Source: Phycisphaeraceae bacterium (GTDB lineage Bacteria > Planctomycetota > Phycisphaerae > Phycisphaerales > Phycisphaeraceae). From it: a stretch of 25,795 bases of DNA. The stretch covers positions 1 to 25,795 of the forward strand of contig JBGSYL010000238.1 of NCBI GenBank assembly GCA_041750925.1, in the 5' to 3' direction. Below, in pieces: positions 1 to 7,730 of the stretch (the first letter of the stretch is position 1; each line of letters begins with the position of its first letter). Both the position numbers and the translations under genes were made by a program. The notes beneath the pieces were generated by a model that was given only the letters and a program-made list of their open reading frames with translations, had not been told where the DNA came from and ran no database searches.

Positions 1-1
1 G

Positions 2-157
2 CGCTCCGCCCGCGCCTGCGGCGTCGACGACGCCATCCTCCCCACGCTCGCCGCCGAAGCCGCCGGCCAGTGGACGGCCAACTTCAACCCGCGCAAGCCT
101 AGCGCCGAGGATTTTCAAGCTCTTTACGCAGCCGCCTTGCATCCTCGCGGGAACTGA
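2..157 (+). CDS. 3' end of an iron-containing alcohol dehydrogenase family protein (partial, runs in from the left edge; not in ORF track)
   Basis: Manual translation from base 2: RSARACGVDDAILPTLAAEAAGQWTANFNPRKPSAEDFQALYAAALHPRGN*, with TGA at 155-157. The NPR...LY..A pattern matches the typical Fe-ADH C-terminus. Confidence 0.65.
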   Translation, partial: RSARACGVDDAILPTLAAEAAGQWTANFNPRKPSAEDFQALYAAALHPRGN

Positions 158-845
158 CCTTCGCCGCCGGCACACGCCGCAACCGTTGCCGATGGAATTT
201 CCACAGCCAAAGTGGAACGGTGATCGCCAGTGCGGCCGCGGCAATCCCGCCCAGAATCAGAAAATGGGTGATGGTGATTCGCGACCTTTCGCGGTCGCGC
301 GACGAGAGCCAATCGTTCTTGACCACCAGCATCATACCCGCAGGCCAGTTGAGGCCAGATTCCAGATGCACACGCACCAAGGCGGTGCTCGATTGCGGAT
401 TGTGAACCGATGCGACGCCGAGATAAGGCAGGTCTCCCTCGTCATCGTAGGACGACGCCCGCTTGGTCGGCAATCGTAAAAAGGTCTCCCCGTTGTCGTA
501 AGACACCGCGACCGTCACGCGGTTATGCAGTTCATTCCGGCTCAGACCGATCGCGCGGATTTCCTGCCCGCTGGTCATCTGCAGGTGGACCGGGTATTCG
601 CCTTTGAGCGGAGTGAGGTCCGTCATCGTTGCGACCGCGTGGCCGCCATCGGCGCTGAAGACAATGGGAACGCCTGCGACGGGCGGATCGGGCCAGAGAA
701 CCGAGCCGACAAACATTGCCGCGATCCCGATCGCCGCAGTGGCGATGGCAAATACGAAATGCTCGACTTGATCGCGTCGGTCGCTCATGGCGCCGTATAG
801 GATAATGCGGCGATCCTGCGCGGGGAGCGAAATGCCCATTTTCAC
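99..845 (-). CDS. Hypothetical membrane protein (two TM segments flanking a soluble domain); start could be 845 (GTG), 839 or 788 (ATG)
   Basis: Hydrophobic stretches FVFAIATAAIGIAAMFVGSVLW and FLILGGIAAAALAITVPLWLW, the latter followed by a basic tail. One Asp-box-like motif SYDNGETF. SD-like AGGGGG upstream on the minus strand. Confidence 0.6.
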   Translation of the reverse strand: MKMGISLPAQDRRIILYGAMSDRRDQVEHFVFAIATAAIGIAAMFVGSVLWPDPPVAGVPIVFSADGGHAVATMTDLTPLKGEYPVHLQMTSGQEIRAIGLSRNELHNRVTVAVSYDNGETFLRLPTKRASSYDDEGDLPYLGVASVHNPQSSTALVRVHLESGLNWPAGMMLVVKNDWLSSRDRERSRITITHFLILGGIAAAALAITVPLWLWKFHRQRLRRVPAAKVSSREDARRLRKELENPRR

Positions 846-941
846 GAATCCCCCTGTTTAGGCTGGATCAAGTTAGTACGCACAGGTAGAATGTACGAAG
901 CTGCGCCGCCGCGCTTGACTCCTTCAGGGACCTGGTGACAC

Positions 942-2153
942 ATGATGACGCACATCAAACTCGCTCTGGTTGCACTGCTCGCCTTGGGTGGCATGGTGGT
1001 CGCGCTGCCTGAGGTTGCCGCGCCCGCTGTGGGCAAGGTTGCTGCGAAGGTCGATGCCACAACCTGGACGCTGGCGCGCGGCGACAGTTCGCAGACCGGC
1101 AGATCCACCGCGAAGCTGGCCGACAAGCTTGCGCTCAAGTGGCGGTTCAAAACCGAGGCCCCGATCAAGGCCACGCCGATCGTCGCGGAAGGGCGGGCTT
1201 TCGTCGGCTCCAACGATGGCCTGTTCTACGCCATCGATCTGAATACCGGCGAGAAAATCTGGTCCTTCAACACCATCGAAGGCCCGCTCCATCCTGATGC
1301 CGGCAAGAACGAAAAGAAATTCACCGACCCCATCGAAGCCGGGGCCTGTTATGTCGACGGCCGTCTTTACTTTGGCGGGCATGATGGCAATGTCTACTGC
1401 CTTGATGCCAAGACCGGCAAGATGATCTGGGCCTTTGCGACGCAGGACAAGATCACCGCCGCCGCCAACCATGTGAAATCGCCCGATGGCAAGTCGACGT
1501 GGATTCTTATTGGCAGCAACGATTCGCGGATGTACTGCCTTGACGCTGCCACCGGCAAAAAAAACTGGGATTACGAGACGGGCAACATCATCAACGGGGC
1601 GCCTGCCGTGGGCAAAGGCGTCGTGATCTTCGGCGGGTGCGATGGACTGGTGCATGTCGTCGGGCTGGCCGATGGCAAGAAGGTGTCGGAGGTGGAGATC
1701 ACCGACTACATCGCGGCGACGGCTGCGGTGGATGGCGACAAGGTCTTCTTCGGGCATCACGGCAACAAGTTCATCTGTGTCGATCTCACCGAAAAGAAAA
1801 TCGCCTGGCAGTTTGGTCAGCGGGATTTTCCTTTCATGGGCTCGCCGGCTTTGACGAAGGATCACGTGCTGTTTGGCGGGCAGGACCGTCGTGTACATTT
1901 TGTGAATCGTGCGGATGGCAAGGCGAAGTGGAGTTTCCGTTCGCGCGGCCAGTTCAACAGCTCGCCGGTAATTTTCGGTGAACGTGCGATCATCGGCTGC
2001 GATGATGGCCGGGTGTACATGCTCAATCTAGCCGATGGCACGGAGGTCTGGAACTACGAAATCGGCCAGCGCGTCGCGGGCTCGCCTGCGGTGATTGATG
2101 GGATGATGCTGATTGGCAGTGATGATGGATCGTTGTATGCGTTTGGTGAATAG
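942..2153 (+). CDS. Exported PQQ-like (BamB-like) beta-propeller repeat protein
   Basis: N-terminal signal peptide. Repeated blades of the form P.V..GR.FVGS.DG..YA.D..TG...W.F ending in Trp-docking motifs. At 403 aa it is too short for a PQQ dehydrogenase. Confidence 0.9.
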   Translation: MMTHIKLALVALLALGGMVVALPEVAAPAVGKVAAKVDATTWTLARGDSSQTGRSTAKLADKLALKWRFKTEAPIKATPIVAEGRAFVGSNDGLFYAIDLNTGEKIWSFNTIEGPLHPDAGKNEKKFTDPIEAGACYVDGRLYFGGHDGNVYCLDAKTGKMIWAFATQDKITAAANHVKSPDGKSTWILIGSNDSRMYCLDAATGKKNWDYETGNIINGAPAVGKGVVIFGGCDGLVHVVGLADGKKVSEVEITDYIAATAAVDGDKVFFGHHGNKFICVDLTEKKIAWQFGQRDFPFMGSPALTKDHVLFGGQDRRVHFVNRADGKAKWSFRSRGQFNSSPVIFGERAIIGCDDGRVYMLNLADGTEVWNYEIGQRVAGSPAVIDGMMLIGSDDGSLYAFGE

Positions 2154-2159
2154 GAAGGG

Positions 2160-2262
2160 ATTGAGGCACGAAGGCACGGAGGCACGGAGGGTGGACAGTC
2201 AGCCCTCGGTTCCGTGCCTGAACCCTCCGTGCCTATGTGCCTCAATGCCGCCTTCGTGCCTC
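2160..2262. repeat. Intergenic 8-nt micro-repeat inverted-repeat element (unit AGGCACGG/A)
   Basis: Three forward units (2164-2187) and four reverse units YGTGCCT (2213, 2228, 2236, 2255). ATTGAGGCAC 2160-2169 pairs with 2237-2246, and AGGCACGGAGG 2172-2182 pairs with 2224-2234. Confidence 0.85.
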
Positions 2263-2273
2263 TTGGAGTTTTA

Positions 2274-3614
2274 ATGATGTCCACCGAAACCCTGCCCGTA
2301 TTGCCTGCGTCCGACAAGGACAAGACGACGGCAGGCAACTATTTTGTCTCCAACTATCCGCCGTTCTCGTTTTGGAAGCCCGAATATGTGAACGAAGTCG
2401 AAGCGGCCATGGATCGTGCCCCGGCGCCGGATCGCACACTGGGGATGTATGTGCACATTCCGTTTTGCCGCAAGCGTTGCCACTTCTGTTATTTCAAGGT
2501 CTACACCGATCGCAATGCCGCGGCGATCAAGCAGTATCTCGATGCGGTGCTCACCGAACTGGCTTCGTATGTGAATAGACCCTTCATCGGCGGACGCAAG
2601 CCCAAGTTTCTTTACTTCGGCGGCGGTACGCCTTCCTATCTTTCGCCCGAGCAACTTCTCTACCTGACCGATGGCATGAAGAAGCTGCTGCCCTGGGATG
2701 AGATGGAGGAGGTGGCGTTTGAAGGCGAGCCGGGCACGCTTAATGAACGCAAGCTGCAGGCGATGGTCGACTTCGGCGTGACGCGGCTGTCGTTTGGCGT
2801 CGAACATTTTGATGATGAAATTCTCAAAAGCAACAACCGCGCCCACGATTCGAAGGCGACCTACAAGGCCTATGAAACGGCCCGGGCGGTGGGATTCAAG
2901 CAGATCAATATCGATCTGATTGCGGGCATGCTCAACGAGACGCAGGAGAAATGGGAGGATGCCGTCCGCCGCACGATTGAGATGGATCCCGAGTGCGTCA
3001 CGATTTATCAGATGGAGATTCCCTACAACACGACGATTTACCAGAACATGAAGGCGAGCGGCGAGATCGTCGCCCCCGTCGCCGACTGGCACACTAAACG
3101 CGAGTGGGTCGATTACGCTTTCCGCGAACTGGAGAAGCATGGCTACACCGTAACCAGTGCCTACACAGCAGTGAAGGACCCTTCGAAGGTGAAGTTCGTT
3201 TATCGCGATGAGCTCTGGCACGGGGCGGACATGCTGAGCCTGGGCGTTTCGAGCTTTGGCATCATCGATGGCACGCACTATCAGAACGAGGCGAACATCG
3301 ACAAGTATGTGGAGCGTATCGAGAAGGGCGAGTCGCCGGTGTTCCGGGCGTTCACGATGAACGATGAGGAAAAGTTCATCCGCGAGTTCATTCTGCAACT
3401 TAAGCTGGGCTCAGTGACGCGATCGTATTTCAAGGACAAATTCGACATTGATCCTGCCGAGCGATATGCGGCGGTGCTACGCGGCTATGCGGAGGAAGGC
3501 CTGGCGACGATTGAGCCGGATGCAATCCGTCTGTCGCGCGACGGGTTGCTGCAGGTGGATCGCCTGCTGCATGGATTCTTCATGGCGAAGCATCGGACGG
3601 ATCGGATCGTGTGA
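2274..3614 (+). CDS. HemN-like (class C) radical SAM protein, probably not a true coproporphyrinogen III oxidase
   Basis: YVHIPFCRKRCHFC (CxxxCxxC), YFGGGTPS, R.SFGVE.F, INIDLIAG, plus a HemN-type C-terminal domain. The N-terminus is YFVSNYPPF rather than the HemN RYTSYP. Start moved to ATG 2274 behind GGAG at 2265-2268; the ORF-track start at 2214 lies inside the repeat element. Confidence 0.85.
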   Translation: MMSTETLPVLPASDKDKTTAGNYFVSNYPPFSFWKPEYVNEVEAAMDRAPAPDRTLGMYVHIPFCRKRCHFCYFKVYTDRNAAAIKQYLDAVLTELASYVNRPFIGGRKPKFLYFGGGTPSYLSPEQLLYLTDGMKKLLPWDEMEEVAFEGEPGTLNERKLQAMVDFGVTRLSFGVEHFDDEILKSNNRAHDSKATYKAYETARAVGFKQINIDLIAGMLNETQEKWEDAVRRTIEMDPECVTIYQMEIPYNTTIYQNMKASGEIVAPVADWHTKREWVDYAFRELEKHGYTVTSAYTAVKDPSKVKFVYRDELWHGADMLSLGVSSFGIIDGTHYQNEANIDKYVERIEKGESPVFRAFTMNDEEKFIREFILQLKLGSVTRSYFKDKFDIDPAERYAAVLRGYAEEGLATIEPDAIRLSRDGLLQVDRLLHGFFMAKHRTDRIV

Positions 3615-3652
3615 GGCTCAGCGTGTGTCGGGTACAAGGTGAATAACGATTA

Positions 3653-3784
3653 ATCACGAAGGCACGAAGTCAGGAAAAAACGAGGGAGAGGAGCGAGGCC
3701 GCAGTGAATCAAACGCCGACTAACTTCGACCTGCATTCTCACTTTCCTTTGTCTCCTCCTTCGTATCCTCGTGCCTTCTGTGGT
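3653..3784. repeat. Intergenic micro-repeat inverted-repeat element (CACGAAGG-type unit)
   Basis: Left arm ATCACGAAGGCACGAAG (3653-3669), right arm CTTCGTATCCTCGTGCCTTCTGTGGT (3759-3784). Purine-rich and pyrimidine-rich inner arms (AGGAAAAAA..GGAGAGGAG versus TTTCCTTT..CTCCTCC). Same unit family as the 2160-2262 element. Confidence 0.7.
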
Positions 3785-3900
3785 AAAACCAAACCAGCAA
3801 TCGCGGCTTGATCTCCCATGAATTCAATCGCTTCACAAACCTCAAATTCGTCAGCATCGTCACGGCGGCGAAAATCGCCTGCGCGGAAAGGGAAGGGGCA

Positions 3901-4467
3901 ATGAAGTTGTCCGCGCAGCACCAGGCCGACCTGTTTTTTCCGCTCGATGAGTTTTACTCGGCGGAAGGGCGTTCGCTGCCCGCCATTGATCAGATTGATG
4001 GTGCGCAGATGCCCCAGCCTTACCGGCAACTGCTGGTGCATCAGGGCGACATGACGCCGACGCTGGAGAAATTCCACGGCAGCCGTATATCGCTCAAGCT
4101 TTTCGACAAGCGGCTGGGCACCGATGGCTGGCTCTCGCGGCGCGTCGCTTTGACGCTGGACGAGACGGGCCGGCCTGTCGAGTTCGGGGCGATCCGCATC
4201 AACCTCAACCTGTTTTCCCCCGTGGCCCGCGACCACATTCTCGAAGGCGTCCGTCCGCTGGGCACGATCCTCAACGAGGATGGCATCGTTCACAGCAGCC
4301 GGCCTGTCGCTTTCCTGCGCGTGCAGTCGGATGAGCTGATCAACCAGACGCTGGGTCTGAAGCAGCCGCAGGTTTTGTACGGGCGGCGCAATGTGCTTTA
4401 CAACGAGAACAATGAACCGCTGGCCGAGGTGGTGGAGATCCTGCCGCCGACGGAGGGGCGGCAGTGA
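3901..4467 (+). CDS. Chorismate pyruvate-lyase (UbiC/Rv2949c/DUF98)-like fold protein
   Basis: LLVHQGDMTPTLEKFHG, RRVAL, PVEFGAIRI, PLGTIL, GRRNVL and PLAEVVEILP follow the chorismate-lyase/UTRA-fold pattern. ATG 3901 has a purine-rich RBS. Catalytic activity cannot be confirmed by eye. Confidence 0.6.
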   Translation: MKLSAQHQADLFFPLDEFYSAEGRSLPAIDQIDGAQMPQPYRQLLVHQGDMTPTLEKFHGSRISLKLFDKRLGTDGWLSRRVALTLDETGRPVEFGAIRINLNLFSPVARDHILEGVRPLGTILNEDGIVHSSRPVAFLRVQSDELINQTLGLKQPQVLYGRRNVLYNENNEPLAEVVEILPPTEGRQ

Positions 4468-4512
4468 TCCGGATTGAACGCCCAGTCACAGACGGCGCGG
4501 AGGCGCAGAGCC

Positions 4513-4764
4513 ATGCCCAATGGCGAGCCATCGAGACGAAGCATCATCACCAAACTGATCGCTTGCGTTCTGCTTGGGGCGATTGGGCTGGTGTTCTTGT
4601 CGATGGCGGCTGTTCCTATCCTCGATCCGGGAGGCGGCGCTGGCGGCCAGGAGGCTCGTGCGAAGATGACGGCCACCAAACGGGTGATCGGCGTGGTGAT
4701 TCCTGGAACGATTTCATTGTTCTTCTTTGCCACGATGGTGTCGGTGGCTCGGGCGAGAAGATAG
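4513..4764 (+). CDS. Small hypothetical two-TM membrane protein (83 aa)
   Basis: GGAGG at 4499-4503 before ATG 4513. Two hydrophobic helices (LIACVLLGAIGLVFLSMAAVPIL and VIGVVIPGTISLFFFATMV) and a basic C-terminus. Confidence 0.45.
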   Translation: MPNGEPSRRSIITKLIACVLLGAIGLVFLSMAAVPILDPGGGAGGQEARAKMTATKRVIGVVIPGTISLFFFATMVSVARARR

Positions 4765-4831
4765 GCATTGTCGCCCCCGTGAACTCCATGATGAAATTCG
4801 ACAACACACATTTTCATGGCCCGTTTTTCAC

Positions 4832-4861
4832 TTGCCGCCTACCATGCGATTGAGTTATAGT
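4832..4861 (+). promoter_or_regulatory. Candidate sigma70-type promoter TTGCCG-N18-TATAGT upstream of the halogenase-like gene
   Basis: -35 at 4832-4837 and -10 at 4856-4861 in an AT-rich gap. GAGGA RBS just before ATG 4888. Motif match only. Confidence 0.35.
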
Positions 4862-4887
4862 ACGCGTACATACTTATTGAGGAACCC

Positions 4888-6183
4888 ATGGTTGCAAACA
4901 CTCAATCCGCGCAAAACACTGGCTCCAATCAATACGACGCCATCATCGTCGGCGGCGGGCCTTCGGGCACCACCGCTGCCGCCATCCTCGCGATGAAGGG
5001 CCGCAAGGTCATCGTGTTCGAAAGGGAAAAATTCCCGCGCTACCACATCGGCGAGTCGCTGATCCCGTTCACGTACTTCACGCTCGAGCGCATCGGCATG
5101 ATCCCCAAGCTGCGGGCGTCCAACTATCCCAAGAAGTATGGGGTGCAGTTCGTGCGGCCCAATGGAAAGATGTCCACGCCGTTCTATTTCTTCCAGCACA
5201 TGGAGCACGAATGCTCGCAGACCTGGCAGGTGTGGCGGCAGGATTTTGACCACATGCTCATGCATAACGCCCGCGAGAAGGGCGCCCTGTGCATCGAGGA
5301 GGCCACCGTCAAGGAACTGATCCACAACGAAGAGGGCTTCGTCATCGGTGTGCGCGTGTCGCACAAGGGCGAGGCGCCCGTCGAATACTTCGCGCCGATC
5401 ACTGTTGATGCCTCGGGTCGCGATGCGTTTTCCATCGTGCGGCACGACTGGCGCGAGCGCGATCCTTATCTCAATAAATGCGCCCTCTGGACCTACTTCA
5501 AAGGCGCCAAGCGCGACCCAGGCATCGACGAAGGCGCGACCACAGTGGCCTATGTGCCCGAGAAGGGCTGGTTCTGGTACATCCCGCTGCCTGACGATGT
5601 GGTGAGCTGCGGCATCGTCGCCGAGCGCGAGTATCTGCAGAAGGACAGCAAGGACCTGGAGACGATCTATTGGTCGATGGTCGAGCAGAATGCGTGGATC
5701 AAGGATCACCTCTCCACCGGGAAGGTGATCGACAAGTACCGCATGGTCAACGAGTATTCGTATCGCTCGCGTCATGGCGCCAAGGATGGACTGGTGCTCA
5801 TCGGCGATGCGTTCCAGTTTCTCGATCCCGTCTTCAGCTCCGGTGTGTTCATCGCGCTCAAGAGCGGTGAACTGGCGGGCGATGCCATCGATGCAGCTCT
5901 CACGGCAGGCGATTACTCGGCGAAGATGTTCGAGGATTACTCGCGATCACTCATGCACGGCGTCGAGTCGATGCGGCAGCTTGTTTATGCCTTCTATGAT
6001 CACGAATTCAGCTTCTCGCAGGTGCTGCGCAAGCACCCGCACCTGCGGCCGGATGTCACCGACTGCCTCATCGGCGACCTCTTCCGCGACTACACGGAGC
6101 TGTTCAGCGCGGTCAAGGAGTTTGCGAAGAATGTGCCCGAGCCGATCGAGCATGGCCTGCCGCTGGTGAAGGAAGCGGTGTGA
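4888..6183 (+). CDS. FAD-dependent halogenase-like oxidoreductase (PltA/CndH/CmlS-type, non-tryptophan class)
   Basis: GGGPSG FAD motif, PRYHIGESL.P, K83 in K-x-G-x-x-F (catalytic Lys position), WFWYIP (WxWxIP) and FLDPVFSSG. Confidence 0.8.
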   Translation: MVANTQSAQNTGSNQYDAIIVGGGPSGTTAAAILAMKGRKVIVFEREKFPRYHIGESLIPFTYFTLERIGMIPKLRASNYPKKYGVQFVRPNGKMSTPFYFFQHMEHECSQTWQVWRQDFDHMLMHNAREKGALCIEEATVKELIHNEEGFVIGVRVSHKGEAPVEYFAPITVDASGRDAFSIVRHDWRERDPYLNKCALWTYFKGAKRDPGIDEGATTVAYVPEKGWFWYIPLPDDVVSCGIVAEREYLQKDSKDLETIYWSMVEQNAWIKDHLSTGKVIDKYRMVNEYSYRSRHGAKDGLVLIGDAFQFLDPVFSSGVFIALKSGELAGDAIDAALTAGDYSAKMFEDYSRSLMHGVESMRQLVYAFYDHEFSFSQVLRKHPHLRPDVTDCLIGDLFRDYTELFSAVKEFAKNVPEPIEHGLPLVKEAV

Positions 6184-6196
6184 ATCAAAGCATTGA

Positions 6197-6300
6197 AAAA
6201 TGGCCAATGGTCATTGTAAAGTGCAAAATGATGTGATTCGTGCATCGCCTCGGCTTTGGCATTTTGCAATTTACATTTTGCATTGGACATTGGCCATTTT
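6197..6300. repeat. Intergenic heptamer-periodic inverted-repeat element
   Basis: Left AATGGCC AATGGTC ATTGTAA AGTGCAA AATG; right TTTTGCA ATTTACA TTTTGCA TTGGACA TTGGCCA. Perfect 13-bp outer pairing (6197-6209 with 6288-6300) and 15/16 inner pairing (6215-6230 with 6260-6275). Confidence 0.9.
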
Positions 6301-6315
6301 CCTCCTCCTCCCCCC

Positions 6316-7623
6316 ATGAACATCGTCCAACTCACCCCCGGCACCGGCAGCTTTCACTGCGGCACCTGTCTTCGCGACCATGCGGTGGTGAAGGCGATGC
6401 GCGTGATGGGGCATTCCACGCTGATGGTGCCGCTCTATCTGCCGTTCGTGACCGATGGCGAAGGCGCGGGTGCGGATAGTGAGATTTTTTATGGCGGGGT
6501 GAATGTCTACCTGGAGCAAAAGTTTTCATTGTTTCGCCATACGCCGCGCTGGATGGATCGGTTTTTCAATTCGAAGTGGGTGCTGAAGCTGGCATCGAAG
6601 ATGGCGGGCTCGACTGATTCAAAGATGCTCGGGCCGCTGACGATTTCGATGCTCAAGGGTGAGGAAGGCAGGCAGGCCAAGGAACTGGAGAAGCTCATCG
6701 ACTGGCTCAGGACGCAGCCGAAGCCGGATGTGGTTTGTCTGTCCAACGGATTGCTCGTGGGCATGGCGCGCCGGCTCAAGGAAGTGTTTCAGGTGCCGGT
6801 GGTCTGTCTGCTGCAGGGAGAGGATGCATTTCTCAATGCGATGGGCAGGTGGACGGATGAAGCTTGGGAGACGGCGGCGCAGCGGAGCCAGGATGTTGAT
6901 GCCTTCATCGCTGTGAGCCGGTACTACGGCGACCTGATGGGCAGGCGGCTTCGCATCGCGCCCAAGCGGATGCATGTTGTTCACAACGGCATCTCGCTCG
7001 AAGGATTTTCACCGGCGGCTGCACCGGTCGAGCATCCGACCATCGGCTTCTTTGCCCGCATGATCCCCGGCAAGGGGTTGCACCTGGTTGTCGATGCCTT
7101 CATCGCGCTCAAGAAGAAGGGCGAGATTGCGAATCTGAAACTGAAAGTGGGCGGGGCCAGGACCGATGCGGATGAGAAGTATGTGAAGGAGCAGCAGGCA
7201 AAGATCGCGAAGGCGGGCTTCGCGGCGGAAACATCGTGGGTGTTCAATGTGACGTTTGAAGAGAAGGTGGAATTTCTGCGGGGCGTCACGCTGCTCTCGG
7301 TGCCGACGATTTATGGCGAGTCGTTTGGTCTGTACCTCCTCGAGAGTCTTGCGGCGGGTGTGCCGGTGGTGCAGCCGCGCAGTGGGGCGTTTCCGGAACT
7401 GGTGGAGGCGACGGGCGGTGGCGTGCTTTGCGAGCCCAATGATGCCCGGGCACTGGCCGCCGCGATGGAGCCGCTGCTGATTGATCGGGAACAGGCCGGC
7501 ATCCTGGGCGAGCGCGGCAGGCAGGCGGTGATCCGCGATTTCAACATCCAGGGCATGGCCCGGCGGGTGCTGGCTGTCTATGAATCCGCACGATTGGCAA
7601 CCCCATCGGTAATTTCGGAATAA
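6316..7623 (+). CDS. Glycosyltransferase family 4 (GT-B fold)
   Basis: HVVHNGI, IGFFARM..GKG, and the EX7E motif in ESFGLYLLESLAAGVPVV. N-terminal CGTCLRD. Start moved to ATG 6316 because the ORF-track start at 6256 lies in the repeat element. Confidence 0.9.
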   Translation: MNIVQLTPGTGSFHCGTCLRDHAVVKAMRVMGHSTLMVPLYLPFVTDGEGAGADSEIFYGGVNVYLEQKFSLFRHTPRWMDRFFNSKWVLKLASKMAGSTDSKMLGPLTISMLKGEEGRQAKELEKLIDWLRTQPKPDVVCLSNGLLVGMARRLKEVFQVPVVCLLQGEDAFLNAMGRWTDEAWETAAQRSQDVDAFIAVSRYYGDLMGRRLRIAPKRMHVVHNGISLEGFSPAAAPVEHPTIGFFARMIPGKGLHLVVDAFIALKKKGEIANLKLKVGGARTDADEKYVKEQQAKIAKAGFAAETSWVFNVTFEEKVEFLRGVTLLSVPTIYGESFGLYLLESLAAGVPVVQPRSGAFPELVEATGGGVLCEPNDARALAAAMEPLLIDREQAGILGERGRQAVIRDFNIQGMARRVLAVYESARLATPSVISE

Positions 7624-7730
7624 GAGCGGCCCGCTGCGCGTTATCATATAAGTCCGCCACCCGCCCATCGCCCATTCCGCGCTGCGGCATCCCGCATCGC
7701 CATCCGGTTGCGGATATGGAGTTCCTTCCC

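Noticed and set aside
942-2153. PQQ-dependent dehydrogenase or Ser/Thr kinase annotation
   Set aside because: Only propeller repeats are present. It is too short for a quinoprotein dehydrogenase and has no kinase motifs.
4464-4853. 129-aa ORF overlapping the UbiC-like stop (GTGA)
   Set aside because: The coupling is attractive, but the sequence is not protein-like. The alternative frame 4513-4764 has an RBS and two clean TM helices.
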